Translations under genes and position numbers: made by a program | Notes under the pieces: generated by a model | What the model was told of the DNA's origin: nothing | Seen by the model: the letters and a program-made list of their open reading frames with translations, nothing else | Database searches by the model: none | Assembly: GCA_963771465.1 (NCBI GenBank) | Contig: CAVYTU010000015.1 | Location: 288,001 to 352,000 of the forward strand | Reading direction: 5' to 3' | Origin: an uncultured delta proteobacterium | GTDB lineage: Bacteria; Desulfobacterota; Binatia; UBA9968 | DNA length: 64,000 nt | In this document: in pieces, positions 52,085-63,515 of the stretch | Position numbering within the stretch: position 1 is the first letter of the stretch | Layout of the letters: each line of letters starts with the position of its first letter

Positions 52085-52843
52085 CTAAAGTTGACTCAAA
52101 ATATAGGGCCCGTCTTTGGTAATGGCTACCGAGTGTTCGAAATGGGCGGCCAAGCTACCATCTTTGGTTACCGCCGTCCAGCCATCGTCTTTAATCTCGA
52201 CCTCAAAACCCCCGACGTTAACCATCGGCTCGATTGCCAGCACCATGCCTTCTTTCAAACGCAGGCCGCGGTCAGGCTCGCCATAATTCGGCACCGGCGG
52301 TTCTTCATGGAGCTTCTTGCCGATACCATGGCCGACAAATGCCCGGACCACGGAATAGCCGGCGCCTTCAGCAATTTTCTGCACCACCGAACCGAGATCG
52401 CCCAGCCGTTTGCCATCATGGAGCTGCTCGATGCCCTTATAAAGCGATTGTTCGGTAACTTCCATCAAGCGCTGCGCCTCCGCGCTCACCTTACCGACTC
52501 CGACCGTGATCGCTGAATCGCCATAGAAACCCTCGAAGATCACGCCGTAATCGAGTCCGATAATATCGCCTTCGCGCAGAACCCTGTTCGACGGGATGCC
52601 GTGAACGATCTCGTCGTTGACCGAAGCACAAAGGCAATGACGATAAACCCGGCCGGCCACGTTATAACCCTTAAAGGCCGGAATCGCCTTACGCCTGAGC
52701 GTCTCTTCTTCGGCGACCGTATCCAAGTCTAGAGTCGTCACTCCAGGCGCGACGCGCTTCTTGAGTTCTTGCAGCACCTCCGCAACGATCACATTCGCGC
52801 GTCTCATGATCTCGATCTCTCGTGCCGACTTGAGCGCGATCAC
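52085..52843 (-). CDS. map: Methionine aminopeptidase type I
   Basis: [20 protein letters not shown] and AHFEHS. Confidence 0.97.
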   Translation of the reverse strand: MIALKSAREIEIMRRANVIVAEVLQELKKRVAPGVTTLDLDTVAEEETLRRKAIPAFKGYNVAGRVYRHCLCASVNDEIVHGIPSNRVLREGDIIGLDYGVIFEGFYGDSAITVGVGKVSAEAQRLMEVTEQSLYKGIEQLHDGKRLGDLGSVVQKIAEGAGYSVVRAFVGHGIGKKLHEEPPVPNYGEPDRGLRLKEGMVLAIEPMVNVGGFEVEIKDDGWTAVTKDGSLAAHFEHSVAITKDGPYILSQL

Positions 52844-53505
52844 TGCACGAGGTCTCCTAAGGCTGCAATCACCCGAGCGCGAATCTGAGCAATCTCGCCG
52901 ACTCCATCGACCGTCCGGAGCAAACCGCGCTGGCTGTAATAATTGACCAGCGGCGCGGTCTGATTTTCGTACACCTGCAAACGATGGGTGATCGTCTGCT
53001 CCCGATCATCGTCGCGCTGATAAAGCTCCCCGCCGCAACGGTCGCACACGCCGGCCTGCTTCGGCGGGTTAAACACGACATGGCAAAGCGCGCCACACTT
53101 TTTGCAGGTCCGCCGCCCGGCCAATCTTTCGACGATGATATTTTGCGGCACCTGAACCAACAATACACAGTTCAGGTTAAACCCCATCGTTTTGAGAATC
53201 TCGTCCAGGCTCTCAGCCTGCGGGATCGTGCGCGGGAAGCCGTCGAGGAGAAAACCGCTCTGGCAATCTTTCTCCCGCAAGCGTTCGGCGACTAAGTTCA
53301 CGATCAAACCGTCCGGCACGAGAGCGCCGCGATTGATAAATTCCCCGGCCTGCTTGCCAAGCGACGTTTGCTCCGCCACCGCTTTGCGGAGAATGTCCCC
53401 GGTGGAAATTTGCACCGCGCCGAACTCTTCTTGCAGCAATTTTGCTTGAGTTCCCTTTCCCGCCCCTGGCGGACCCAGCAAGACTACCCGTGCAGCGCCG
53501 GCCAA
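52840..53505 (-). CDS. adk: Adenylate kinase (zinc-lid type)
   Basis: GPPGAGKGTQ, LDGFPR and CxxC..CxxC lid. Confidence 0.97.
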   Translation of the reverse strand: MAGAARVVLLGPPGAGKGTQAKLLQEEFGAVQISTGDILRKAVAEQTSLGKQAGEFINRGALVPDGLIVNLVAERLREKDCQSGFLLDGFPRTIPQAESLDEILKTMGFNLNCVLLVQVPQNIIVERLAGRRTCKKCGALCHVVFNPPKQAGVCDRCGGELYQRDDDREQTITHRLQVYENQTAPLVNYYSQRGLLRTVDGVGEIAQIRARVIAALGDLVQ

Positions 53506-53508
53506 GAC

Positions 53509-54820
53509 TTAACCCCTTCTACCGCGCAACCGTCCCCGCTTCATGAATCCCTCGTAGTTGCGGGAGATCAGATGGGTTTCCATTTGCGCCACAGTATCCA
53601 ACGCGACGCCGACGACGATCAACAACGCCGTGCCGCCAAAATAGAAAGGCACATTGAACTGGCGCACTAAAATCGTCGGTAACAAGCAAACCACACAGAG
53701 ATAAATCGCCCCGCTCAGCGTGATGCGCGACAAAACGCGCTCGACATACTCGGCAGTTTTTTGCCCCGGCCGAATCCCAGGAATATAGCCGCCGGCTTTT
53801 TTCATATTCTCCGCCACGTCACTCGGGTTAAACACCACCGCGGTATAAAAGAACGCGAAAAAGATAATGAGAATGACAAAAACCATATCATGCAGCACCG
53901 TCCCCGGTGCCAGAGCCCCGGAAACCGTCTGCACCCAGGAATGACTGGCGAATTGTGACAGGGTCGCCGGGAAAATCAAAATCGACGAGGCGAAGATCGG
54001 CGGTATCACGTTGGCGGTGTTGATCTTGAGCGGCAGATGAGACGTCATGCCGCCATACATTTTCCGGCCCACCACACGCTTGGCATACTGAACCGGAATA
54101 CGCCGCTGTCCCCGTTCGACGAAAATGATCGCGCCAACCACGGCCACGCTCAAAACCAAAATCAACAACGCCACCAGCGGACCGAGCTCGCCTTCGCGCA
54201 TGAACTGGAGAGTCGTCGACACCGCCGATGGCAAACGCAGCGACAATGCCGGCGAAAATGATCAGCGAAATGCCGTTGCCGATACCGCGTTCGGTGATTT
54301 GCTCGCCCAGCCACATGATAAAGGCCGTGCCGGAAGTGAGCGTGATCACGGTCATGAAGCGAAAACTCCAACCGGGATTGAGCACCAGATTGTGGCCGCC
54401 CGGCCCTTGAGTGCCCTCCAGCCCGATGCTGATCATGGTGCCCTGAATAATCGACAAGACCACGGTGCCGTAGCGAGTATATTGAGTGATCTTGCGCCGG
54501 CCGATTTCGCCTTCTTTCGACAGCCTTTCTAAATACGGGAAAACCACGGTCAGCAGCTGGAGAATAATCGACGCGCTGATATAGGGCATTATGCCCAGGG
54601 AAAAAACTGAAAATTGTTCCAGCGCGCCGCCGGAAAATAAATTGAGAAAGCCGAACAGAGTGTTTTTCTGAGAATCAAAAAACGCCGCCATCGCCTGGCG
54701 GTCGATGCCCGGCGTCGGCACGTGGACGCCCAGGCGATAAACCGCCAGCATCCCCAGTACGAATAAGGCGCGCCGGCGCAGCTCGGGGATGCGCGAGGCA
54801 TTTTGAAAACCGCTAAGCAT
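53509..54820 (-). CDS. secY: Preprotein translocase SecY, interrupted by a +1 frameshift at about 54240 (436 aa if joined; probable sequence error)
   Basis: [12 protein letters not shown] and [15 protein letters not shown] in one frame, [23 protein letters not shown] in the next. Confidence 0.95.
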
Positions 54821-55265
54821 GGATTGCGATCAGCTCCACTTTGCCGCCGGCGGCTTCGATCATCGCTTTCGCCTTGGCGGAAAATCCATGGGCCCGTACC
54901 GTCAACGCTTTTGACAACGAACCGTCACCGAGGATTTTGATCCGTCGATTTTTGCCGTTAACCAACCCGTGCGCCGCCAAGGTTTCCGGTGTCGCTTCGC
55001 TCCCGGCAGGTAAGTTCTCCAGCTGGGCGAGATTGATCACCGTCATCTCGACACGAAAGATATTATGGAAACCGCGCTTGGGTAAGCGTCGCTGCAACGG
55101 CATCTGACCGCCCTCGAATCCGGGCTGGACATTGCCACCCGAGCGCGCGCCTTGGCCTTTGTGACCGCGACCGGACGTCTTGCCATGGCCCGAACCGTCG
55201 CCACGGCCGACCCGTTTACGTTTCTTGGTTGATCCGGGTGCCGGTTTTAATTCATCGAGTCTCAT
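54813..55265 (-). CDS. rplO: 50S ribosomal protein L15
   Basis: [12 protein letters not shown] and FEGGQMPL. Confidence 0.98.
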   Translation of the reverse strand: MRLDELKPAPGSTKKRKRVGRGDGSGHGKTSGRGHKGQGARSGGNVQPGFEGGQMPLQRRLPKRGFHNIFRVEMTVINLAQLENLPAGSEATPETLAAHGLVNGKNRRIKILGDGSLSKALTVRAHGFSAKAKAMIEAAGGKVELIAIHA

Positions 55266-55267
55266 GA

Positions 55268-55771
55268 TTAACGAATCTCCGCCAAAACTTTTCCGCGCCG
55301 TTCGGCAATCTCTTCAGGCGCGCGCAGTTCGCGTAGCGCTTCGATCGTTGCCTTGACCATGTTGTGCGGGTTGTTGGAGCCCAAACATTTGGTCAGGACG
55401 TTCTGAATTCCGGATGCCTCGACCACCGCGCGCACGCCGCCGCCGGCGATCACGCCGGTACCATCCGACGCCGGTTTGAGAATGACATATCCGGCGCCGT
55501 AACGGCCGATCACTTCGAACGGTATCGTGCCATTCATCACCGGTACGCGAATCAGGTTTTTTTTGGCTTGCTCCAGGCCTTTACGGATCGCCTCGGGCAC
55601 CTCGTTGGCTTTGCCCATGCCGTAACCGACGACGGAGCGGCTATCGCCAACGACTATCAACGCGCTGAAGCTGAAACGCCGCCCACCCTTGACGACTTTG
55701 GCCACCCGGGCGATGTTAACCACTTTTTCTTTTAGTTCTAATCCTTGAGGATCGATACGTTCCAAATTCAC
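55268..55771 (-). CDS. rpsE: 30S ribosomal protein S5
   Basis: [14 protein letters not shown]. Confidence 0.98.
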   Translation of the reverse strand: MNLERIDPQGLELKEKVVNIARVAKVVKGGRRFSFSALIVVGDSRSVVGYGMGKANEVPEAIRKGLEQAKKNLIRVPVMNGTIPFEVIGRYGAGYVILKPASDGTGVIAGGGVRAVVEASGIQNVLTKCLGSNNPHNMVKATIEALRELRAPEEIAERRGKVLAEIR

Positions 55772-55790
55772 CTCTCGTTTCAGTGCGTCG

Positions 55791-56156
55791 CTAGAATTCT
55801 AATCCGCCCTCCCGGGCGCCGTCAGCTACCGCCTTAACCCGGCCATGATAGAGAAAACCGTTGCGGTCAAAAACGACCTTGGTGATATTTTTTGCCTTGC
55901 ACGCTTTGGCCAGCGCCAAGCCGACCTGTTTGGCGGTTTCGACGCCTTTGGTCTGCTTGGCTGCTTCCGCCAGCACCACCGACAATGTCGATACCGACGC
56001 CAAAGTCTTGCCTTGATTGTCGGAGATCACCTGCGCATAAATATGCCGGTTGCTGCGAAATACACAAATCCGCGGCCGCGCGTCGGTGCCAAGAACTTTC
56101 TTGCGCACCCGCTCTTGGCGCCGCCGTCGGCCAATGTCTGCTCGTTTAATCGCCAT
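55791..56156 (-). CDS. rplR: 50S ribosomal protein L18
   Basis: [10 protein letters not shown] and [12 protein letters not shown]. Confidence 0.98.
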   Translation of the reverse strand: MAIKRADIGRRRRQERVRKKVLGTDARPRICVFRSNRHIYAQVISDNQGKTLASVSTLSVVLAEAAKQTKGVETAKQVGLALAKACKAKNITKVVFDRNGFLYHGRVKAVADGAREGGLEF

Positions 56157-56173
56157 CTGTCGTCCTCAATCGA

Positions 56174-56725
56174 CTACTTTCCGCCCGCCGACCCGACCGC
56201 TTTGCCGGCTTTGCGCTTGATAAATTCTTCGCGGTACTTGATCCCCTTGCCCTTATACGGCTCGGGCGGCCGGAGACTGCGAATTTTAGCTGCGGTCTCG
56301 CCGAGCAACTGGCGGTCGGCGCCACTGAGTGTGATGACGATTTGGCGCTCCACCGCTGCCGTCACGCCTTGCGGCAAGGGAAAGACCACCGGGTGGGAAT
56401 AGCCCAGGGTCATATGGATGTCTTGCCCCTTGACCTCCGCGCGGTAGCCGACGCCGTTGATATCAAGCACTCGATTGAAACCCTGGCTCACACCTTGCGC
56501 CATGTTGGCGATCAGTTTACGGGTGAGACCGTGGAGCGCGCGCACTTTACGCTCTTCATTATCGCGCGCGACTTGCACGACACTGCCATCGACGATAACC
56601 TGCACGCCCGCGGGAATCGGCGCCTGGAGTTTGCCCTTGGGCCCTTCGAGCTTGACGGCTCCGGGGTCCACGACAACTTTCACGCCGGCAGGAATCGTTA
56701 CGGGCAACTTTCCGATACGTGACAC
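56174..56725 (-). CDS. rplF: 50S ribosomal protein L6
   Basis: MSRIGKLP and PEPYKGKGIKY. Confidence 0.98.
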   Translation of the reverse strand: MSRIGKLPVTIPAGVKVVVDPGAVKLEGPKGKLQAPIPAGVQVIVDGSVVQVARDNEERKVRALHGLTRKLIANMAQGVSQGFNRVLDINGVGYRAEVKGQDIHMTLGYSHPVVFPLPQGVTAAVERQIVITLSGADRQLLGETAAKIRSLRPPEPYKGKGIKYREEFIKRKAGKAVGSAGGK

Positions 56726-56743
56726 ATTACACCTCGATATCGA

Positions 56744-57148
56744 CTACCAAACCGAACAAATAAGCTCGCCGCCGACCTTGGCGCGCTGCGCTTCCCGGTC
56801 GACAAGAATACCCTTGGGCGTCGACAAGACGTTAATGCCCAAACCTTTGCGCACCGGAATGGCCCCATTAGCACCGACATAAACCCGGCGCCCGGGAGTA
56901 CTCACCCGTTTCATGCCGCCGATGATCGGCCGATTCTCGCGGTCGAATTTGAGCTGAATAATTAACTCTTCGCCCCAGCCCACGGCCGCCTTCGCCTTCT
57001 TTTGGTCTTTCAGATAGCCCTCGGCGATTAGCACCTTAACGATGCTTTCCTTCAAACGCGACCACGGTACAGCAACTTTTTGGTGGCGCGCGCTCGAGGC
57101 ATTGCGAATCCGAGTCAACATATCCGCGATTGGATCGGTCATTGCCAT
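56744..57148 (-). CDS. rpsH: 30S ribosomal protein S8
   Basis: DPIADMLTRIRN and STPKG. Confidence 0.98.
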   Translation of the reverse strand: MAMTDPIADMLTRIRNASSARHQKVAVPWSRLKESIVKVLIAEGYLKDQKKAKAAVGWGEELIIQLKFDRENRPIIGGMKRVSTPGRRVYVGANGAIPVRKGLGINVLSTPKGILVDREAQRAKVGGELICSVW

Positions 57149-57160
57149 AATTTGCTCCGC

Positions 57161-57346
57161 TTACCAACTGGCCTTAATCAGCCCTGGAATATGCCCTTTG
57201 CGCGCATGATCGCGAAGGCATAGCCGGCACATCCGAAAGCGCCGGTAAAAAGCCCGCGACCGGCCGCACAGCGGACAACGATTGTATTCCCGCACTTTGA
57301 ACTTATTGGGCCTCTCGGCTTTGATTCTGAGACAAGTCTTGGCCAA
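57161..57346 (-). CDS. rpsN: 30S ribosomal protein S14 (zinc, type Z)
   Basis: 61 aa with CPLCGR..CRLC..KASW. Confidence 0.97.
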   Translation of the reverse strand: MAKTCLRIKAERPNKFKVREYNRCPLCGRSRAFYRRFRMCRLCLRDHARKGHIPGLIKASW

Positions 57347-57364
57347 TGGTCTTCTCCCTCTCGA

Positions 57365-57907
57365 TTAACTGGCGAACGGCATCCCCATCAGTTTGAGCAG
57401 CACGCGCCCTTCCTGATCGGTCTTCGCGGTCGTGGTGATCGTAATCGTCATGCCCCGGGTTTTTTCGACTTTATCAGCATGGATCTCGGGGAAAATAATT
57501 TGCTCCCGTAGACCCAATGAGTAATTGCCGCGGCCGTCGAAGGAGCGGTCCGAGATCCCTTTGAAGTCGCGCACCCGCGGCAACGCGACGTGAATCAAGC
57601 GGTCGAGAAACTCAAACATATGTTCCCGGCGCAAAGTCACCATGCAACCGATCGGCACGCCTTCGCGTAATTTGAAATTGGCGATCGCCTTTTTGGATTT
57701 TGTCACCACTGGCTTTTGCCCAGCGATGGCCGTGATTTCCGCCACCGTGCTGTCCATCGCCTTGGCATTTTGCGTCGACTCTCCGCCCAAGCCGACGTTC
57801 AAAGTGATCTTCTCCAGGCGCGGCACCTGCATGAAGTTCTTGTAACCGAACTCCTGCATCATAGCCGGCACCACATCAGTTAAATATTTACTCTTTAAAC
57901 GTGCCAT
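57365..57907 (-). CDS. rplE: 50S ribosomal protein L5
   Basis: LPRVRDFKG and [10 protein letters not shown]. Confidence 0.98.
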   Translation of the reverse strand: MARLKSKYLTDVVPAMMQEFGYKNFMQVPRLEKITLNVGLGGESTQNAKAMDSTVAEITAIAGQKPVVTKSKKAIANFKLREGVPIGCMVTLRREHMFEFLDRLIHVALPRVRDFKGISDRSFDGRGNYSLGLREQIIFPEIHADKVEKTRGMTITITTTAKTDQEGRVLLKLMGMPFAS

Positions 57908-57934
57908 CGGTTTTCACTTATCCGCTCGATTCAG

Positions 57935-58252
57935 TTAATCGAGAGCCTCCTGGCAGCGCCGGCAGATGCGAATTTTTTCGCCGTCCGCCAAAATCTTGTG
58001 GCCGATCCTAACCGGCGCATTACACTTATCGCACATGATCATGATGTTGGAAGCATGAATGCGCGCTTCCTTCTCGACGATGCCGCCGGGCTGCTGCGGA
58101 CCGCGCGGCTTGGTATGCCGCTTGACCATGTTGGTTCGTTCAATGATGACAGCGTCTTTATCCAACAGAACTCGCAGAACCTTCCCGGTCTTGCCCCGTT
58201 CCTTGCCGGCGATCACCATCACGCTGTCGTTTTTTCGAATCTGCACGAGCAA
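57935..58252 (-). CDS. rplX: 50S ribosomal protein L24
   Basis: VIAGKERGKTGKV and EKEARIHASN. Confidence 0.97.
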   Translation of the reverse strand: MLVQIRKNDSVMVIAGKERGKTGKVLRVLLDKDAVIIERTNMVKRHTKPRGPQQPGGIVEKEARIHASNIMIMCDKCNAPVRIGHKILADGEKIRICRRCQEALD

Positions 58253-58273
58253 CTTCTCCCCCGGTTTTCCCGC

Positions 58274-58642
58274 CTAGAGTACTTCGGGCGCGAGCGAAAT
58301 GATCTTCATGAATTTTTTTGCTCTCAGTTCGCGCGCCACCGGTCCAAAGATACGCGTGCCGACCGGTTCTTTTTGATTGTCGATCAAGACCGCCGAGTTA
58401 TTGTCGAAGCGAATATAAGTGCCGTCGGGCCGTCCCAGTTCCTTGGCCGTGCGGACCACCACGGCTTTCATGACATCGCCTTTTTTGACCTTGGAGTTCG
58501 GTATCGCCTCTTTTACCGAAACTACGATGATGTCGCCAATGGAAGCGTATTTGCGCTTGCTGCCGCCCAAGACTTTAATGCACTGCACCCGGCGCGCTCC
58601 CGAGTTATCCGCCACGTCTAAATTCGTATGCGTTTGAATCAT
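58274..58642 (-). CDS. rplN: 50S ribosomal protein L14
   Basis: VADNSGA and [13 protein letters not shown]. Confidence 0.98.
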   Translation of the reverse strand: MIQTHTNLDVADNSGARRVQCIKVLGGSKRKYASIGDIIVVSVKEAIPNSKVKKGDVMKAVVVRTAKELGRPDGTYIRFDNNSAVLIDNQKEPVGTRIFGPVARELRAKKFMKIISLAPEVL

Positions 58643-58677
58643 GAATCAACCTCGACCACCTTCACTCGTTTGCGTCC

Positions 58678-58962
58678 CTATGCCTTGGCCGCAGCGCCTT
58701 CCGCGCTGCGGGTCCGCTCGACCACTTTGCTAACGCGCCAGCGCTTATCGCGGCTGAGCGGCCGGCACTCGACGATCACGACGCGATCGCCGACATGACA
58801 CTGATTGCTCTCGTCATGCGCTTTGACCTTGGTGCGCCGTTTCAAAACCTTCTTGTAACGCGGATGCAGCACGGAGCGCTCAATCGAAACCACCACAGTT
58901 TTTTCCATCCGATTGCTGACGACTAATCCGCTGCGCTCTTTTCTGATCCCTCTATCGTTCAT
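58678..58962 (-). CDS. rpsQ: 30S ribosomal protein S17
   Basis: GLVVSNRMEKT and ECRPLSRDKRW. Confidence 0.97.
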   Translation of the reverse strand: MNDRGIRKERSGLVVSNRMEKTVVVSIERSVLHPRYKKVLKRRTKVKAHDESNQCHVGDRVVIVECRPLSRDKRWRVSKVVERTRSAEGAAAKA

Positions 58963-58963
58963 G

Positions 58964-59167
58964 CTAGCCTTTCGTATTCCGGAGCGCCCGCTCGCGCAGA
59001 ATGGTTTCAACCCGCGCCAAATCTCGCTTGGTCGCTTTGAGCGACATCGGATTCTCCAAACGGCTGGTGGCGCGTTTGAGTTTTAGGTGGCCGATTTCTT
59101 CGCGCAGTGAAACCAGCTTTTGCGCCAGATCGTCGGCGCTCAGGTCGCGCAGCTCTTTAGCTTCCAT
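58964..59167 (-). CDS. rpmC: 50S ribosomal protein L29
   Basis: [22 protein letters not shown]; operon position. Confidence 0.95.
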   Translation of the reverse strand: MEAKELRDLSADDLAQKLVSLREEIGHLKLKRATSRLENPMSLKATKRDLARVETILRERALRNTKG

Positions 59168-59582
59168 GGGCTAGCCCTCGCCGTTCGATGGTAATCGTCG
59201 GAATCGAAAGTTTATGCGCCGCCAGGCGGAACGCCTCCTTAGCGAGGGTTGCCTCGACGCCTTCCATTTCGAACAAAATCCGTCCCGGCTGCACCACCGC
59301 AACCCACATTTCCGTCGCGCCTTTGCCTTTTCCCATGCGGGTTTCGAGCGCCTTCTTGGTCAGCGGCTTGTCCGGGAAGATGCGAATCCACACCTTGCCG
59401 CCGCGCTTAAGGTAACGCGTCAAGGCAACTCGCGCCGCTTCGATCTCACGCGCGCTCATCCAGCCGCGCGCCACCGCCTTCAATCCATAGTCGCCGAATG
59501 CCAAGGTCGAGCCCCGGTGCGCCGTGCCACGGCGCCGTCCCTTTTGCAGTTTCCGATATTTTACTTTTTTAGGTTCCAGCAT
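59157..59582 (-). CDS. rplP: 50S ribosomal protein L16
   Basis: WIRIFPDKP and RMGKGKG. Confidence 0.98.
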   Translation of the reverse strand: MLEPKKVKYRKLQKGRRRGTAHRGSTLAFGDYGLKAVARGWMSAREIEAARVALTRYLKRGGKVWIRIFPDKPLTKKALETRMGKGKGATEMWVAVVQPGRILFEMEGVEATLAKEAFRLAAHKLSIPTITIERRGLAHGS

Positions 59583-59628
59583 TTTCGCTATTTCTTATGT
59601 TGGTTAAATCCCGGCTCAGAGGTGTGCA

Positions 59629-60291
59629 TCAACCGCCCATCATCGCCTTCTGCTGTTCTTCTTCCGCGGTCAAAACTTCGCCTCTGAAAATCCACACCTT
59701 AACGCCGATAATCCCGTAGGTCGTGCGCGCTTCGGCAAAACCGTAACTGATATCGGCGCGCAACGTGTGCAGCGGCACCCGCCCCTCACGGTACCATTCC
59801 GTGCGCGCGATTTCAGAGCCACCCAGCCGGCCCGCCGATTGGATCTTCACCCCTTGGGCGCCCATACGCATGGCGCGCGACACGCTTTCTTTCATGGCTC
59901 GGCGAAAGGCGACGCGCCGCTCCAATTGGAGCGCGACGTTTTCCGCCGCCAGCTGGCCGTCCAAATCGGGACGGCGCACTTCGTGGATGTTGATATAGGT
60001 CTCACGATGGGTGAGCTTGGTAATCTCTTCTTTAAGCTTTTCGATTTCGGCGCCCTTCTTGCCGATGACGATGCCCGGACGGGCGGTGTGAATATTGATC
60101 TTGGCTTTGTTGGCGGCTCGCTCAATTTCTATCTTGGAAATCCCGGCGTGATACAACCGTGTCTTCAAAAACTTGGTAATGCGAAAATCTTCGTGCAACA
60201 GCTTGGGATAATCGTGGCGCGCGAACCACTTCGAATCCCACGTTTCGATCACGCCGAGGCGAAATAGTTTTGGATGTGTTTTCTGACCCAT
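59629..60291 (-). CDS. rpsC: 30S ribosomal protein S3
   Basis: MGQKTHP and [13 protein letters not shown]. Confidence 0.98.
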   Translation of the reverse strand: MGQKTHPKLFRLGVIETWDSKWFARHDYPKLLHEDFRITKFLKTRLYHAGISKIEIERAANKAKINIHTARPGIVIGKKGAEIEKLKEEITKLTHRETYINIHEVRRPDLDGQLAAENVALQLERRVAFRRAMKESVSRAMRMGAQGVKIQSAGRLGGSEIARTEWYREGRVPLHTLRADISYGFAEARTTYGIIGVKVWIFRGEVLTAEEEQQKAMMGG

Positions 60292-60297
60292 CAGGCC

Positions 60298-60642
60298 TTA
60301 GCTCCTCTCGGCGGTTTCATCGACGACGATCGTAATATGGCTCAGCCGTTTGCGGATGCTGGTCGCTCGCCCCTGCGCCCGCGGCATGAATCGCTTGGCC
60401 ATCCCGGCGCCGTCGACTTTCGCCTGTTTGACGAACAATCGGTCGACGTCGACGCTTTGGGTATTTTCCGCGTTCGCCACCGCCGTTCGGACGGTCTTGG
60501 CGACGAAGCCGGCAGAGCGTTTGGGAATAAACTTGAGAATATTCAGCGCCTCTTCGACACCCTTACCGCGGATTAGATCAACCACCAGACGCACCTTTTG
60601 CGGTGAGACCGGAATATATTTGGTAGTCGCGCGTGTTTCCAT
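60298..60642 (-). CDS. rplV: 50S ribosomal protein L22
   Basis: SPQKVRLVVDLIRG and PRAQGRA..SHIT. Confidence 0.98.
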   Translation of the reverse strand: METRATTKYIPVSPQKVRLVVDLIRGKGVEEALNILKFIPKRSAGFVAKTVRTAVANAENTQSVDVDRLFVKQAKVDGAGMAKRFMPRAQGRATSIRKRLSHITIVVDETAERS

Positions 60643-60716
60643 AAATTGACTGACTTTGTCTCGCCGATGCTTAACTCAGTAACGTCTCAATCTTCGCAGT
60701 ACCGTAAATTCGAAAA

Positions 60717-61058
60717 CTAGCTTTTCACCGCAGGCGCTGCGCCCGGCGCCGCTCGCGGCGCCGCCGGCGCGCCACTGGTCTCTTTCGCATCCGCTTTGCG
60801 GTCGCCCGAATGGGCATAAAAAGTCCTCGTCGGCGAAAACTCACCCAGTTTGTGGCCAACCATGTTCTCACTGACAAATACCGGAATAAACTTTCGGCCG
60901 TTATGCACGCCGATCGTCAGGCCAACCATCTCCGGCGTTACCGTGGAACGCCGTGACCAGGTGCGAATCACCTGGCGCTGGCGTGATTCGTTCATCGCGG
61001 CAACTTTTTTGCTCAGATGCTCATCGATGAAGGGTCCTTTTTTAACCGAACGCGCCAT
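60717..61058 (-). CDS. rpsS: 30S ribosomal protein S19
   Basis: TWSRRS and [13 protein letters not shown]. Confidence 0.98.
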   Translation of the reverse strand: MARSVKKGPFIDEHLSKKVAAMNESRQRQVIRTWSRRSTVTPEMVGLTIGVHNGRKFIPVFVSENMVGHKLGEFSPTRTFYAHSGDRKADAKETSGAPAAPRAAPGAAPAVKS

Positions 61059-61060
61059 CT

Positions 61061-61888
61061 CTATCTACCCTTTCTTCGTTGCACGATATATTGATCCGAC
61101 GAATGATTTTTTCTCGTCTTATAGCCTTTGGTCGGCTTACCCCATGGGGTCATGGGGTGATTGCCCTTGGACCGTCCTTCGCCACCGCCATGAGGATGAT
61201 CGACGGGATTCTTGGCAATACCGCGGGTCGCGCCGCGAAAGCCCAACCAGCGCATCCTTCCCGCCTTACCCCAAGAAATATTTTCTTGGTCCGCGTTACC
61301 AACCTGTCCAACCGTGGCCCGGCACTCGGCCAAGACTCGGCGCAACTCTCCGGAAGGGAGCTTGAGCAACGCGTAGGTGCCTTCTTTCGCCATGAGCTGT
61401 GCACCCAACCCCGCGCTCCGCACCAGCTGTCCCCCCTTGCCGATCTTGAGCTCGATATTATGCAGGACGGTGCCCACGGGAATAAATTTCAGCGGCAACG
61501 AGTTGCCCGGTTGAATGTCGACGCCGCTGTCGCCGGCGATCACTGTCGCGCCGACTGATAAGCGCTCCGGCGCCAAGATATAGCGCCGCTCTCCGTCCTT
61601 GTAGCATAGCAGTGCGATGCGCGCTGAACGGTTGGGATCGTATTCGATCGCTTCGACTTTGGCCGGCACGTTAAACTTATTGCGTTTAAAATCGATCAGT
61701 CGATACAAACGCTTGTGGCCGCCGCCCCGATGATCTGCGGTGACTCGGCCTCTGTTGTTGCGCCCACCGCTCTTGGTAATCCTTTCAGTCAACCCCTTTT
61801 CCGGCCGGGCCTTGGTCACCTCCTCAAAGGTGAGCCCGGTGCGAAAACGCATGCCGGCGGAAGTCGGCCGGTAAGTTCTAATTCCCAT
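61061..61888 (-). CDS. rplB: 50S ribosomal protein L2
   Basis: EYDPNRSA and [12 protein letters not shown]. Confidence 0.98.
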   Translation of the reverse strand: MGIRTYRPTSAGMRFRTGLTFEEVTKARPEKGLTERITKSGGRNNRGRVTADHRGGGHKRLYRLIDFKRNKFNVPAKVEAIEYDPNRSARIALLCYKDGERRYILAPERLSVGATVIAGDSGVDIQPGNSLPLKFIPVGTVLHNIELKIGKGGQLVRSAGLGAQLMAKEGTYALLKLPSGELRRVLAECRATVGQVGNADQENISWGKAGRMRWLGFRGATRGIAKNPVDHPHGGGEGRSKGNHPMTPWGKPTKGYKTRKNHSSDQYIVQRRKGR

Positions 61889-61928
61889 GATTGATGCTCT
61901 CTGTCTTTAGTCGCCCGAATTACGGATT

Positions 61929-62219
61929 TTATGCGCCGCCAAAAAAATCGATCTTGTCGCCCTCTTTGAGAGTAACGTAAGCTTTCTTCCAGTCCGAGCG
62001 CCGCCCCATACTGCGGCCGACGCGGCGTATCTTGCCGAGATAACGAGCCATCCGCACATCGACCACTTTGACTTTGAATAACGTTTCCACCGCGTACTTA
62101 ACTTCGATCTTGTTGGCGTCCGGCCGAACCCTAAACAAAAACTGATTGGCGCTCTCGGCCAAGGCCGTGCCTTTCTCGGAGATCAGCGGCGCTTGAATAA
62201 TATCTTGCGGCCCCTTCAT
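61929..62219 (-). CDS. rplW: 50S ribosomal protein L23
   Basis: PLISEK, ANKIEVK and WKKAYVTL. Confidence 0.97.
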   Translation of the reverse strand: MKGPQDIIQAPLISEKGTALAESANQFLFRVRPDANKIEVKYAVETLFKVKVVDVRMARYLGKIRRVGRSMGRRSDWKKAYVTLKEGDKIDFFGGA

Positions 62220-62812
62220 TGAGCCAACCTTTCTTCCAATAGTTTGAGCGCGCCTTCGGTGAGAACCAGGTGGTCGTAACGCAGCAGATCGTAAACGTTC
62301 ACGCCTTCGACGCGCAGCACTTTTACTTTTGGCAAATTGCGCGCGGAGCGTTCGATAGTAGCATCCGCCCCAGCGATCACAATAAGCGCGCTGGTCACTT
62401 TTAGCTCGGCGAGAGCTTGGGCCATGATCTTGGTTTTGGCCGCTTCGAGTGAAAACTTATCGACGACGATAAGCTTGCCGTCGCGATTTTTGACACTCAA
62501 TGCCGACAGCAACGCTTCGCGCCGCGCCGTGCGCGGCATACGATAGGAATAATCGCGCGGCGTTGGGCCGAAAACCGTGCCGCCGCCAACCCAGATCGGC
62601 GAACGAATACTCCCAGCGCGCGCTCGCCCCGTGCCTTTTTGTTTAAATGGCTTCTTGCCGCCGCCCCGAACAAAACCTTTGGTTTTGGTCGCGGCGGTGC
62701 CGGCGCGTCGATTGGCCAACTGCATCACCACGGCCTGATGCAGCAAATGGGCGCGGGTTTTGGCGCCAAAGATGGCATCGTTGAGCTTGGGCTGAATAAC
62801 GTGGACGTCCAT
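62216..62812 (-). CDS. rplD: 50S ribosomal protein L4
   Basis: [21 protein letters not shown]. Confidence 0.97.
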   Translation of the reverse strand: MDVHVIQPKLNDAIFGAKTRAHLLHQAVVMQLANRRAGTAATKTKGFVRGGGKKPFKQKGTGRARAGSIRSPIWVGGGTVFGPTPRDYSYRMPRTARREALLSALSVKNRDGKLIVVDKFSLEAAKTKIMAQALAELKVTSALIVIAGADATIERSARNLPKVKVLRVEGVNVYDLLRYDHLVLTEGALKLLEERLAQ

Positions 62813-62837
62813 GATGATTTACCTAATTATCTTTAAC

Positions 62838-63470
62838 TTACTTTTTCACCGCAGGGCGTAGAACCACCACGCCTTGCTTCGAACCTGGCACCGCGCCGCG
62901 CACGAACATGAGATTTTCCTCAGCGCGAATGTCGACCACGAGAAGATTTTGCGTTGAGATTTGCTCATTGCCCCAATGACCGGCCATCTTCTTGCCTTTG
63001 CGCACGCGCCCCGGATAAGAGCGGTTACCGATGGAACCGCCGTGGCGAAAATATTCATGGGTGCCATGGGATCCAGGGAAACCGGCGAATGACCAGCGTT
63101 TGATAACGCCGGTGTAGCCGTGGCCCTTTGAAATGCCGGCAACATCGATCAAATCGCCGATCTTAAACAGATCGCTCGCTTTGATCTCCTGGCCGACTTC
63201 GTACTGAGAAACATCATCGAGACGAAACTCGCGCAGCACTTGGAAGGCGCCTTTGCCGGCCTTTGCCATATGGCCTTGGGCCGCTTTGTTGACCCGCTGC
63301 GCCTTCTTGCTGCCAAAGCCGACTTGCAGCGCCGTGTATCCGTCAGTGGTCACTTCTTTCTTCTGCACCACCACACACGGACCGGTCTCAACTACCGTCA
63401 CGGGAATGACATTTCCCTGGGCGTTGTAATACTGCATCATGCCAATTTTTCTGCCGATGAGCCCTGTCAT
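62838..63470 (-). CDS. rplC: 50S ribosomal protein L3
   Basis: GRKIGM, SKGHGYTGVIKRW and KMAGHWG. Confidence 0.98.
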   Translation of the reverse strand: MTGLIGRKIGMMQYYNAQGNVIPVTVVETGPCVVVQKKEVTTDGYTALQVGFGSKKAQRVNKAAQGHMAKAGKGAFQVLREFRLDDVSQYEVGQEIKASDLFKIGDLIDVAGISKGHGYTGVIKRWSFAGFPGSHGTHEYFRHGGSIGNRSYPGRVRKGKKMAGHWGNEQISTQNLLVVDIRAEENLMFVRGAVPGSKQGVVVLRPAVKK

Positions 63471-63515
63471 ATTAAATTCCAAACTGCGCCAGTTACGAGC
63501 TAGGTAGACTTGCCG

